DNA of 57,451 nucleotides, filler included, from Sphacelaria rigidula (lineage: Eukaryota), in the NCBI GenBank assembly GCA_964200075.2. It is 5 parts of 5 records of this genome, joined end to end, with 100 filler letters (N's around TTAATTAATTAA, not from the genome) between each part and the next. Parts side by side here need not be neighbours in the genome. Positions count along the whole stretch, not along the records: positions 11,512 to 22,922 come from CAXNAA020004951.1; positions 23,023 to 34,432 come from CAXNAA020004952.1; 3 more parts are not named here. The stretch is one strand, 5' to 3'. The notes beneath the pieces were generated by a model. The model made no database searches. It was not told the DNA's origin and saw nothing but the letters and a program-made list of their open reading frames with translations. How positions within the stretch are numbered: the stretch's first letter is position 1; every line of letters begins with the position of its first letter. The translations under genes were made by a program, and so were the position numbers. This document shows positions 13,444 through 26,400 of this stretch, piece after piece.

Positions 13444-16400
13444 CTATGGCTCCGGTGGTACCTGGTAGCAGTCAATTGCATTCTTGCCACCACAAGTCCG
13501 TGTGTGGTCGCCACCGCAAGGTATGTTGCACTTGCTATCGCCGATGGGATAAAAAAAGTTCAAGAAATTCTTGTTTTCTGAACAGAAGCACCTGAGAACG
13601 GGGCATACACGACATGAAGTGGTTAGTCAGGGTGGTATTCTACATGTATGCTGGAAGGTGACTATTCCTGCTTCTATTAACAATTGACATATCAGCGGGC
13701 CTCCGATCTGGAGCTTGCAGGAAATTGTTGGAGTGAATCACATATTTCGGAAGTATACGACAAGGCCGACAGTCGACCATTTTCACCACGTTAGAGCTCA
13801 TCTTGACGCGCGCTTGCGCACAGCTAGACTGGGCTCCAACAAGGTGGTCTTATGATTTTCGAAGTTGAACTCGAAGAGCTTGCTCTGCAGTGTCGTGACT
13901 TACTCAGTTCCGAACTCGACACCGAAGTACAGGGCTTCAGGGCCTTCGTTCACGCAAAAGTCGCGGCATTTCTGCGTGAGGTGCAAAGGAGCGTGGAGAG
14001 GAGAGTAACCAGTCAAGTGGAAGCGGGGAACACGTGCGAGAACATCATGGACATAATGGTAGTACGGTGCACTTCACACCTTCAACAATTGACAGGCCCA
14101 CTGACCCACAAGCGCACGAAGCCCGACTCGCCATGAAGCTCGGTTCAGGGAAGAAGGACCGTGGCGGAACTACGTGAGCTACTGAAGTATAGCCCTTGAG
14201 GTTTTTTGCTTCTCTTCTCCATGGCAGGTTGTGGACATTGACTGACAGCGTGCCGAGACGTGAAGTACCTCAGGGGTCATCAATCTGTTCGAGGTAGTCG
14301 CCATGTTCATGGCACGATCAATCGTGCTATCTTCATAGCACCCGATATGTTCCGACGATCTGCCTTCTCGTTCGAACACGGTGATAGCGCCCTTCCCCCC
14401 ACATATCACGTCGCTCCTGCCGGTGCAGGGCATGCTGCAGGCGTCAGATTGCACTTCGGGAGCCATTTTCCCGCAAAAGCATTCTGCGAATCGAATGCAT
14501 TGCATATCACCGAAGTAAAGGGGTGTGTACGGACGGAAAGGGCCGACATGAGCGTTCGCACCCGCGTTGTGAGGCAAAATATCGTCATTGTTTCAAAGCA
14601 GTGGTCGAGGTGAGCGGCAGTCACCAAGTGACCACGCTCAGAGTAAGGTAAAGTTGTGAGAGACAGCGTAGAAGCACCGCAGCAGCTCGTAACTGTTCCT
14701 GAGCGAACGGATACCGTAGAGTCGTGGACTGCTGTGTCTGAACATGTTCAATCGAAATATCTTTCCTGTGAAGCAGTGGAGTGCGACACAACACGAGAAA
14801 CTCTAGACTATACCGGCTACACAGCAAGTAGTGAGGAATCTCGTCAGCTCTCTGGTGAGTGTCGTCACCCCAGCCGACCACTATATCACTCACCGTTTGA
14901 GTTTTGCGTCCCGAAGTACGGGAAGTCCGCGCAGAAGAGTGAACAGTACTGCGTGTTCGGTGGGCGGCAAAGCACAAGATAACAATAGCGCTTGTTTAGT
15001 TCACAGATTTCCCTCAGAGAGAACCAGCCCAGCTACACTATTTGTCGTTGTCCATCACGGCAAACCTTTCTCCTCAATTTTCACCAGCAAAAGCATACGT
15101 GTTGTTCCCCTAAATTAAAACCGTCTCACTGAACACGAGCTTTCCTTTGCGGCCACGTAAGAGGTTGGTCCATTAGAGCAAGTCCCACAGCAGCACTCTC
15201 ACGACTACATATCCTCTGGGCAAAAGCAAGGAGTCAAACCAACGAATACAGAGTGCAACAAATATCCACCTCCGCGTCCATTCCAATATCGCTGGTCGTG
15301 GATTTCCGGTTGAGCACACGCTTCCCTCTGTCGTCCTTGAAACACCCTACTAGCTTCGCGCCACTCGCCGAGTCATCTCCTAGTTTTGGCTTCGTTGGGG
15401 CGAGGGATGGCTTCTCGTGGAATGCAGGGTCACCCACGGAGTTCCAAAGTGTCGGGACGACCGCTGGTTTCCGAGCATCCGGAGGCGGTGTCGTTGAAGT
15501 GCTGGAAGCGGCTTTGCTGGTAGCTGTCGACGTTGAGCCGTCGGCACTACCGGTGCCGTTTGATGGCGTTCTGTAGATGGTGATTGATTTCTCACCGCCG
15601 CATACAACGGTGGCGTCACCCGTGCAGGGCGTGTCGCACGTGTCGGTGGTCTCTGGTGGGGTGAAGTCACCGCAGAAGCACTCTGTTCCGAGGACGGACG
15701 AGATCGTGGATGATGCAAAGAAATACTTCCATCGGTCGTGGGAAATAACGTTCAGATGCTACAATTAGTTCTTGGTGGTCACCATCTGCTGAATATTTGT
15801 GTGAATTTCGGACGGGGATCTTCGCGGAGAGAGGTAGTGGTGGGCAACGACACAATTTTGTGGAATAAGCCGAGACTTGAGTCGCTGGCGACGGCAAGGA
15901 AGGACGGCCCCCGCTTGACCACGCACATGTCAGGACATTGAATATTGCGGTGCTGCCTATATTGAGAATACATACACGTAGTCGGTGGGTGACATGTCGC
16001 CGCAAGGTTGATCTCGAGGTGTCGAAAATTCCGTCGTAAGTTTTAAAGAAGACGTGCCATTCCTAATGGTCATAAAGTGGTAATTTAAAAGAGTACCCTC
16101 TCGGGCCAAATTGTCAGATTTCTCGAGTAAACAGACGATTTACACAACAGACTACATGTCATATGAAAGGTATTGTCATGAGCTTTCGAATGCACGTACG
16201 TTTGGCTGCCCGGACGAAGATTGGCCTGAGTATGGTTGGATTGACCGTTTCCGGGAAAGCGCCGAGAAACCAAACAACGCAATTTTGACAACAGAAAAAA
16301 AAGTTCTATTTTTGGAATCCGCGCGAAAAATGGGCTCTAAACACGTTTGGTTGGAACCTTTGACAGGCCGTCCACCAGAGAAAAAATTCAAATTTGGTGA

Positions 16401-19400
16401 GGTCCACTTCTGTCGGATCTGGGGCGGGACACTGCTCGTCATGCAGGCTCTACTGCAACTCGTGCAGGGCACTCTGCCTGGTGAATACAACCTAGGAGAA
16501 GTCGAAGTGCATAGGTCGACGGCACGAAAGTACCGCATGCGTCTGAAAGCCGCGTGAAATGGAAGAGAGAAAAAAACAAGCGAGGCGGAGACAGCGACCC
16601 TGAGTCCCGAGCTTTACGGGGTTTTTTTCACGCGTTTTTGTTGACTTTTTTCGCATGTTTTGCCATGCTCTTCGTTTTTTTTTCTTCCCGGATGTTAGTG
16701 GGTTTAGACTTAAAAAAATACAAAAAGAGCCACCCGTACACAATATGTGGCGGGTATCGAAGCTAGAAGTAGCTCCAGGCTGAGGCATGAAGAGTACAGG
16801 CAATTTTGCGGTGATCCGGGGTGTTGATTGTACTATGTTATGTAAAGAAGACAAGAAAAAAAAACGAAAAAAATGTAAATAGGTCTGAGGGGAAAAAATG
16901 GGCGCCAAAAGAACCCAGGACGGAGGTTCGAGCCCCGGCGAAAGCATTTTGTTTTTGCTTTTTTTCCCCTGTAAACGCCCTACCCGTCTGCGTCTCGTCG
17001 CGGGCGTTAATACGATACCTTTTTCATGCTTTTCCGCCACTCCAGTCAAAATTTATGGACGGACAATCAAAAGAGGTACTCTTGAAAATTACCATGATAT
17101 GAGGCATGCACTACGCGTTTCTGTGGTGAACGTAGTACTCACTGTTGCCATTCTTCGTGCCGAAAAACTTGTATTTCGCACAGTACGCTGAGCACACCTG
17201 CGTCCGTGTCAAAAACGAACGCGGGAAATGGAACGATTGGGAGAGGGCGAATAGAGACGCGTTAGAGCGTGTTGACTAGGTGAAGCGCAGAATTACCTCG
17301 TCACACGATTAGGCATGGTGCTGGATACAGCAAGCAACCGCTCACTCACGCCGATGTAGAATTTATCACGCATCTCGTAGGCGGGTGGGCCGCTGGGGCA
17401 GGGGGCTATCGTTCAGTCACTGACAGTTGCTGATTCCCCGTCCCACCGCAACCGACCCTCGGTATAGCGCGCACACATGACCGTCAAATAATGAAAGCAC
17501 CTGCAATTCGAACTGCTCTTACTAACTCAAGACGATTGTGGTATGCCAAAATACTGGGAGTGCAACGGGGTGCGATAGTGATAAGTCGAAGCCTCAGCAC
17601 ATCAAACTTACCGTAGTTTCCCCCACAGAGCAAAACAACACGAAATAACAATACCAAAGGCACTGTCATTCAGCAGACGCACACCATATGTTAAACGTGC
17701 CATACCTTGGCGTTCATACGTGTTGTGCTCATTTTCGTAGGCCCATCGAGCACTCGCGTTAGTCCATCATCCTTAAAGCAACCTATCAGCTCGGCACCGG
17801 GTGCGGAGTCGGCGTTCAATCTCAGCGCACTACCGGCAGTAGCAGGCTTCGCAGCAGGCTTCATAGCAGGTGTTGATTCCCCGTCCGTGTCACGGGCATA
17901 CACCGTCATGGATGAGCAGCCCCCGCAAATGACCTTTGGATTCCCGGCGCAGGGTGAGTCGCAGTTTGTGGCTTCCCCGTCTGTGGGACGCGTGAACCCG
18001 CACGCACACTCTTGACACCGGAGAACGGAACGGACGCACAGTAGTAGACACGGTGGTTTATGAAAAAAAGGGGCACATAGTCGCCTGCATTCAGCGGAGT
18101 GCTTCTCAGAGCGAGTGCATCTCCGTATAAACATCTGTGGGAACACGACGTTCTAAGCGAATGATTTTGGAGACAATACCCTCGTTGAGGGAAACAAGCA
18201 CATGTATGTGGAACACGTTGTTTCCCTTTTTGAAGTGGAAAAGCCAAAAGCCGCTTGTCGCAAAGGGTGGCCATCTGTTGGCCCTGTTACATGACACCAC
18301 AAGTGCCTATATCGTACGGATATCGAGCGCTGGTTTTGTCAACTTGTACTCACTGTCGCCGTTCATCGTTCCAAATAACGGGTAGCCTTGGCAATGCTCT
18401 TCGCAGGCCTGAGGTGGTTTGCAACACGGTGCAAGGAGGGACACAAGCGGAACCGCAAAACAGAAGAGACCGTCAGTTTTGCTTGTGGGATAGAAATGGA
18501 CACAGCCTCAACATCATGCAGTCCTTCAGCAGCAGTCATGAGCACGCTCCAATGTTGAATTCGTGGACCCACACGGCGAGCCCACTAGATGAACCACATC
18601 ACAGTCCTGACGAACAAGCTCACATTAGAACATGGCACGGAGTGGGGGTACATGCTCCACCCTTACCGGTTCCCCTGGACTTGCTCCACGTCCCACTCCC
18701 GCCCATACGTATTAACGGCGACGTAATGCTATACTGTCACCATTCAATTGTGTGCCATACAAAGTGTCCTAAAGCTGCACACATGATGTGGTCGTCACCA
18801 TCCTCATATCTGGAGCAGTGGAAACAACATTTCCGTGGCCACGCGAGTTTCGACCGCTCAGCGCGAATCGAACTAGTGTCGAGTCTTTTCAGCACGATTT
18901 TGTTCTGGAAGTGCTTCTTCTCACCGGCCATGCAATCAATTTCACAATGATCTAGATGCAACATGTGGTGTCGAGTGCAGGAGGATCCACCCAGTACGCA
19001 CAGGCCCCTTCCCTCATCCCTTTCACGTCTACATCCAAGACTTGCAACTCGAGAGGGATGTACGTAAGACAATCTGGTACGACGCAACCAGAGCGTTGGA
19101 GTATCGCTGTCTTGCGCAGATGACGTCTAGATAATGAGTCAAAGAAAGATCCGTTCAACCATGTCAACGCCCTCAGCGCGAGCATCGGAGGGCCTGATTC
19201 GGACATTCCCCACTGAACCACATGATCGTCACGGGCGATTGTACTTCTCGTGACGCCGCCGCAGAGCTCGACCAAAACTCCCTCCTCGCCCGCGCGGGTG
19301 TAGTAACCCGTCACACAGATTGTCATCATTATTTCATCGCACCCGTCACGTTACTTATATATCAGCAACTATACTTCAGCCTCACGACCGCCAGAACCCA

Positions 19401-22096
19401 CGATATTGTACCTCCGCGGTGTTCATTGTGGAAGTCGTTGCGGGCCCAAACCCAAGCGCGGGCTGGTTCCACCCGTCCGGGTAGCAGCCTAGAAGCGTAG
19501 CTCCAGGAGCAGAATCTGCTGGCAATCCCAAGTAGTTGTCCTCCTCGCATCCGGATGCTTGTTCAGGGTCTGGTCCCGCATACAGTGGGGGACTGTCTGC
19601 GTGGGGGAATTCGTAGGACCCTTGGCCGGGAGAGTCCATCAACGGAGTTTCCCACATTGGCGTATCCTGCGAATAATAGTTGCGGGCGATGTGGAATGTG
19701 AGACGGCTGACGAAAAAAGGGGGTACCAGGCGCTCCATACTTTCCACGGCATGCATATTCATGTGAAATATGCATGTGGATCGCTCCCGCTAGAGGTTCA
19801 GAATGATATGCGGACATATAGGCGAACGATTTTCATGCTCAAAAGAAATACACAAACCGGCCGAGCTTCTCCCGTGTACCGCAACACGACACATGAACCA
19901 CTTGAGCTACGAGGTTGTTATTTGGATCTTAGTTGGGCGGGTTTGGGGGCGAAGGGGGAGCGGGGGGTTCAGCTGTGTTGATAGATGGGGTGGAGGTTTA
20001 GGGATGAAAACTCCGTTGCAAAGAAAGTGCCGTGTCACCGCTGAAATCACTAGCAAATTGGTTATAATTCATGTAAATCGCCATGAGCGGTGATCTCGCC
20101 TTAGGCAGTAGGTCGTGACACACGTGATGATATTTCCAAGTCGAGGTGAGCAAGCATTCCGTTGCGTGTAAACTCGCACAGAATGGCAGACGCTCATACA
20201 CACGTCACGCAAAAGCACATAGCACGACACACCCAATTAAAAGTCTCGTGGCGACTAGTTCAAACGATTGGTGCGCAACAATTGTGGAAAGTGTATGACG
20301 CACCTCACAGAGGCCGCGATAAATTTTGACGCCAAACTCGCCGGTGACTGGACCCGCGCCCTGACTCTCGAAGATGACGACTTCGAGCTTGTAGGTGCCG
20401 TAGGAGGAGCACGCATGCAGAGAGAGGCCGCTGTGCACCTCAAAGTCTTCATCGAGAAAAGTGGCGGTGAAGATTTGCCTCTTATTCGAGGGTACTTCTT
20501 GTCCGCATTTCCCGTCCTGCTGCCTGTGTTTCACGTGTCAAGAACAGTGCGTCGCAGAAGATGAAGATCACTCTCGTGCGTATTTAGCAAGGGAACTCCA
20601 AGTATGGCGCCGAGATTTGCTTCTGCCTGGCGCGTTTTCTATTCCTACACGATGCACGAGCAATCGGCACGTCCGAGTACCGTGAGTACCATGCGTGCGT
20701 GTCACGGACGAGACACTTGTACGAAGCTATACTAGCGTACGGTTAACTCGGCTCGCTCCACCTCCCGTTGCAATAATAAACTACCTGCGATGACAATGAA
20801 ACCTTGGTACATGATTTTGTATCGACCGTTCATGGCACCTACCTAGCAGCGCAGATCAAAAGATCACGGGAGCCGTACACTCTAGGGACTCTTGCTGGAA
20901 TTCGAGGTGCTTGCGCGAAAACTTTTTCTTGCCCTGTTATCCCCCTGAATGAAGGCCTTACCGAGCAAAAGTCCGTTGTCAACAAATAATAAAATAAACG
21001 CGGGGGGATATTGAAGACGTGTTGAAGACGTCATGGACTGGTCGGACCTGTGTCGAACAGAACACACGCTCCATCCCAAGTTGTCGAGGTCTAGTATGCG
21101 ACAGCTGTAATTTCTTCATCGCATATTTCTCGAGACAGGAAGCAAACCGGCCTGTGGCCTTTGGCAGCCCCCCGCGCACACACTAGATCTGTTCAGTGAC
21201 GCGGCGGATTTGCTTAATTCGCCACAACGGATCCGACAAACCCCAGAACGTTGAAGAAAACGCGTTTTTAAGTACATTTTCGTAGTTTGCAAAGTGCTGC
21301 TGACTCCGCGACACACGTTACGGAAATCCGTCACGACACTGAATACCGGTAATTCTGGTGTGTGGGAAGCGCTCGCATCAAATCGCAGTCCAATCCTCTG
21401 CTTCGTTGCCGAGAAATTTCCGTTGAAAGATGAGCACAACAACATACTGCAACAAGAGGGGCACAACAACACGAGCAGCAGCTTCTACCCTCCTGTTGTT
21501 GTAAACCTATGCACAGGTAGGTGTACAGCAACGTCAGTCACAGGGTCGCTGTAGATGTACTATAGCAAAAGTATATTTTGTATGAGCGCCGTCGTCATTT
21601 CGAGTGACGCGTCTACTTGTCAGTGATACTGGTTGGCTTGTTCGGGTTTTGTTTCTTCTGCATTCAACTGACTGTGTAGTTGGTCGGTCCATTTTCCCTG
21701 TATTTAGTGCCCAAAATTGGGCCCCCTTCACGGGCATAACTGTGTGCTCGGGTCGCTTATATTTCGGATCAAACGCGGTCATCGCCACGGTGTCGAAAGA
21801 CACTAGGCCCATATGAACGTCAGTAGAACATGGAATTTTACAGCCAATCTGAAGTTGAGTCTGATGATGAAAGCACATGTTGGAATACACAACCGAATTC
21901 GGGATCGCATAGAAACCAAGGGCAACTCACCTGAGTTGCCGAAATGAGTCAAGTGAAAGGTTTGTATTCGTGGGTATCAAAGTAAAAATATTCCTGAGAG
22001 TTTCACGAGAGGGTAGCAAACGATGTAGCTCTCACCTCCAGATAAGGCTGTAGCGCTGAACGTTGCTGAGGTCGCCGAAAGCCTCGATTCTCATAT
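13444..22096 (-). CDS. Extracellular-type protein with four tandem WSC carbohydrate-binding domains and an unrecognised N-terminal region (multi-exon; start codon uncertain)
   Basis: Phase-compatible exons: 22036-22096 (tentative), 20304-20523, 19412-19666, 18354-18408, 17706-18010, 17143-17197, 15270-15682, 14894-14948, 14269-14483, 13904-13971, 13444-13591 (ends in TAG). Four copies of the WSC pattern GC[YF]xD...M...CxxxC...FG...CxC...C...C.G.....CGG. Confidence 0.9.
16071..17100. mobile_element. Intronic TIR-flanked insertion in the WSC gene
   Basis: tggtaatttaaaagagtacc (~16078-16097) is the inverse of ggtactcttgaaaattacca (~17075-17094). Contains a tRNA B-box-like ggttcgagccc near 16926. 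Confidence 0.5.
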
Positions 22097-22922
22097 CTGG
22101 TCGACATCGATAACCAAAACGAGATGGACAGCGAGATGCGCGGCAGGAAAATTCAAGAAGACCATCGGCGGCTTGATGAGCACGAAACACCGTTACAACG
22201 TACGCGGTGTTTTCACAAGGATGCTGACAAACATGCTGCTACATCCACTGCAGTTGCTGGCGCCTGTTACGCGTCGCGATAAGACGGTGTGTTTTATTTT
22301 CTACTTCCCTCTCCGCGAGTCTGTGCTACATGTGCTTGAAACAAAAGGGTTGGGAATGGCGTCTTCGCCTGTCGGTCAGCTGTCGAATGATATATGTGCA
22401 GCCAACCTGCAAGCCTTGAACGCGTGATCGCTCATCTTGCATCTAGTACCAAGTGCCAGCGAGCACGGAATGCCGCGATGGCGATGAAGAGCTCTACCGA
22501 TCCATCGAAAGCTACTGCTCGCAACGTAGAATGACTTCAGCCAATGTTGCACACCGTGGACAACGACGATAAATTATTTTGTCAAAACATATCCTGCGTA
22601 CAGTATCGACTGCTGCGTGTATTGCAGTAGATAATATACCCCATGCTCTACGCAGTACCGGGGAGAGATGGTTTGATCCCTTGAGACCACGGACTCGTCC
22701 CGAGGAAGGGGAGGGGTTCAAAGTGCAACAAATAAATGACGAAGTAAATAAATAAAACGCAGTACATTTTTCAACTATGTAAATCTGTTGTCCAGGGTGT
22801 ACCATGTTGGCACAGCAAGTACCATGGTTAGAACGAGTCATCACGACTACGAGTCACCAGATCCACGATTTCTCCGGCCTGATTGCCCAAAAGGGAGAAA
22901 AAAGTTGACCGCTGGTCCAAGG

Positions 22923-23022
22923 NNNNNNNNNNNNNNNNNNNNNNNNNNNNNNNNNNNNNNNNNNNNTTAATTAATTAANNNNNNNNNNNNNNNNNNNNNN
23001 NNNNNNNNNNNNNNNNNNNNNN
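22923..23022. other. Artificial contig linker
   Basis: Same 100-nt N/TTAATTAATTAA/N block. Confidence 0.97.
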
Positions 23023-23474
23023 CTATACTAGGAGATGGATGGTGGCCACAGACGGCGAAACTGGACGGGGATAAGATATGTAAAAGGTTTTTGTGTCATG
23101 TATGGAATAAACGTAATGACCTGCTGAAGAAACGTAATGAGCGCCGGAATGTTGGAGGTGTCTTAATTAGGAGTAGGAATGGTGCTCCGTCTCGGTACGG
23201 CACGCGAGTAGTGAAACAAACCAGATAGGGGGTAGGTGAATTAAGAAAGTAGCGGAACGAAGCAGGGTTGAAGCCACAGTCTCGTTGACAACGGGGTTCG
23301 TGGAACCATGGTGGTGGTACGAGGTCGTGCGACAAGCCGAGATCGATGCGTGTGTGTGTGATGATCCCCCCCCTCCCCCTCCCCCCGTGCTGCCTCCCAA
23401 TGTGCTCCCCTACACACAAACGCATTATTGTTTTCGCATGGTGCGGCGACTACATGGCGCGCGCGAGAGAGCAG

Positions 23475-26400
23475 GTCCAATTCCCGCAAGGCTCCAACGG
23501 TAAAGACCTTGAAGCCATGTCCGAGGACGACCTCAGCAACCCGGCAGGGATGTGGTCAGACCAGGACGACGACGACGACGACGACGACGACGACAGTGAC
23601 ATCGATATGGATTCGTATGGCCTGGATGCAACGAAGAAGCGCAAGGTTGCAAAAGGCGCTGATGGCGGTGCGAGGGCTGTGGTCGCCACGGGCCTTGACG
23701 GTGTGCCGCGGATACCCTCATGTTCGTCCTCGTCAGCGGCCAGTAGTGGGCATTCCAACGACGTGGCTTCCACAGGAGTCGCCGAGGGAGGCGGGATTGG
23801 TGTCGGTGGCATCGGCGGCGGCGCAGTAGGTGGAATTGGTGGCGGAGGAGCAAAAGAGGGGGTGAACGGGATGTGGGTGAACCGTCCTCGTCTCGCTATT
23901 TATGGTCCACCGGGGTGAGTTCATGCTGTTGGTTGTTGGTTTTTGGTTATAATTATTACACTGACTCAAGTAGCCAAAACAGGGCGTATACCTTCTGGGT
24001 TTTGCTAGTTCTATCGGTGGTGCGGTGGGCAGAGAAAATGTACAAGGGATTCGGCAGCTTACGCCGCCACGCCGAATGAATCGAGTTCCAATATGAAAGA
24101 AAACAGGCGGGAGAGTGCGATATTTTCCTGTTGACGAAATACACCCAGCCACAGACACCGCAGCTGATGGTGTGCAGCAGTACGGTCCGGTATTGGCTGC
24201 AGGCTGTCGTTGAAACACCCCAGATGCACCAGCACGCGAACATGCACGAGGATATCCGAGGGCAACGAGCAACCCTTGATCGTTTTGGTTTCCGGGACAG
24301 TACCCGTACAGCAGTACTGTAGGGTAGGATGAATGACGTACAGCACAGTAGTACAGCGCACGTAAATGTCGACAACAACAGTGCTGGTGAAATCAACAAC
24401 ATTGTAGTGGGGTGCTGCACTGTAACATGTCGGTGTCGCCACGTCTGGTTGCCAGAAGAACAAAGCGAGCGGACAGATAAAACGCAATCGAGCCGATACA
24501 GCGCGGGAAACAAAAAGGCATGTGATCTAAACCCAAGTAAAATTAGTATATACACTTGAGCCAAGTGAAGATGGAATCCATCCATGTCAGCGCTCGAGAG
24601 GGAACAAACCTGACCATGTACAGGTGGATGATGAGACACCAAAGCTCATGCTGTGCAACTGTACGATCCTGTACTGGCTGCAATTGGTCATTGAATCACA
24701 ACACATGCGCCAACAGCGCAAACGTACACATCGATATCTCAGAGAGCAACTTGCCGTTTCGCCTGCCGGGATGGAAGTTGTACAGCAGTAGCGTACAAAA
24801 AAGGGTGCATCGAGTACAACACACGTAGTACTCGTACAGCAGTAGAGTACAGTATAGTACAGTAGGATAAATGAACTGAAGCACGGCAGCCTCACTGTGT
24901 GTTTCCATCCCATTTTTTATGGGCGCTTGAACCTTTTGGCTTGTGTGGGCTCACTAGTCGGGGTCACAGAAGACTTTTCCCCCCTATTTGTCCATCTTCC
25001 TTCTACCGTACCTACCTTACTTTTTATTACGAGAAGGGTTCGGCTGTCCCTTTCCCTTGTCGATTGTTGAATCGAGTTTTGTTGCTTACGAAATGATCAA
25101 TTTCCACTGCTGGGTATGGTGTGAGAAATAAACGGTTCGTTTGACTTCACTTAGGGTTGTTGGGTTGGGTATTTCCCTACATTTTCGAGTATTTGAAAGT
25201 AAATCGCACTCTAAACGCCCAACACTCGGGTAAAGTATTGATATCGTACGCAACAATACCTAGATATTGGGTAGAGTAGTGCGACCCTACCTATGTTTAC
25301 CCAATATCTGGGCAGAGTTTGGGGATCGGGCCATTGCAACACGAAAGTCGGGAGAGTAAAGTACACGAGTATTTACCCCAACACCAACTTGAAAAGCACC
25401 AAGTGAACCGCCGGGCGATCAGTGTGAAGAAACAGTGATAACAAGAAATTGAGAAGTGTTGGACCCTCGGATTCGAGCCACGAATGCTAATCGCGCAGCC
25501 CATAAACCAAGTGGCGCAATCACAGGACCCACGTTCCGCTTCTTGACAAGTAGTTTGAACTGGGTGACATTGGCCTGAGAGTAGAACGGCTTCCTTTGAC
25601 CGCCGGAGGTACCCATGTGTCGAATCGGCAATAATTTCACTTGAACAAGGACCGAAAATGATTTCGATTCGACGAATGGATACCTCCGACGGTCGAAAGT
25701 ATAACCCTTCAACCGCCCTTTGACCTCTAGCTTAGTTCATCTGTACAAGGGGGGGTGTCGATTTCACTTGGGAAAAAAATGTGCATTGCCGAGATATCCT
25801 ACACTCGCGGTCAAGTGGTGAGAACGGTCATGGTCGGAGGTGACCATTCGGAGAATCGGCATCATTTTCACTTGAGAGAATACTGAAAATGATACCGATT
25901 CTCCAAGTGGAGACAAATGGACATTTCCGGCGGTCAGGGGTCAACACGCCACGGTCAACCCGGCACTACAGAGACAGGCCACAGCAAAGTTCTGCTGTGT
26001 GCTGTACAGGACTGTTCTGTACGCAATGCGTGGTGGCCATTACCAAGTGAGCAAGCGCCCTACTATCCAAGCTTACCAACGTGCCCTAAGCACGCTCTGT
26101 CGTACACGCTGCGGCATGGTGGTCGCGTGTAAAATGCGTTGCGTAAGGTTGTGTTGTGCTCTCTCTCCACTCGCAGCACCGTATTGATCAACTCAACCGC
26201 CAATCTTAGGTCCCGACCGGACGTATTTTTGTTGCCTTTCATGAAGATGCTGCTCGTGCTGCGCGCAGCCAAAATGAGGCATGTGAAAGCTACATCTAAT
26301 ACAGTCGCGAGAAAACAGAGACAAGGGAAGAGATGGGACGCGTGCAGCGCATCGAACGGAATGCATCGTCCCACTATGCAGAACACAGCATGGAGAAAAA

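Noticed and set aside
18560..19340. Cys-rich ORFs inside a WSC-gene intron as a nested gene or MULE/SWIM remnant
   Set aside because: No coherent motif or splice structure could be supported.
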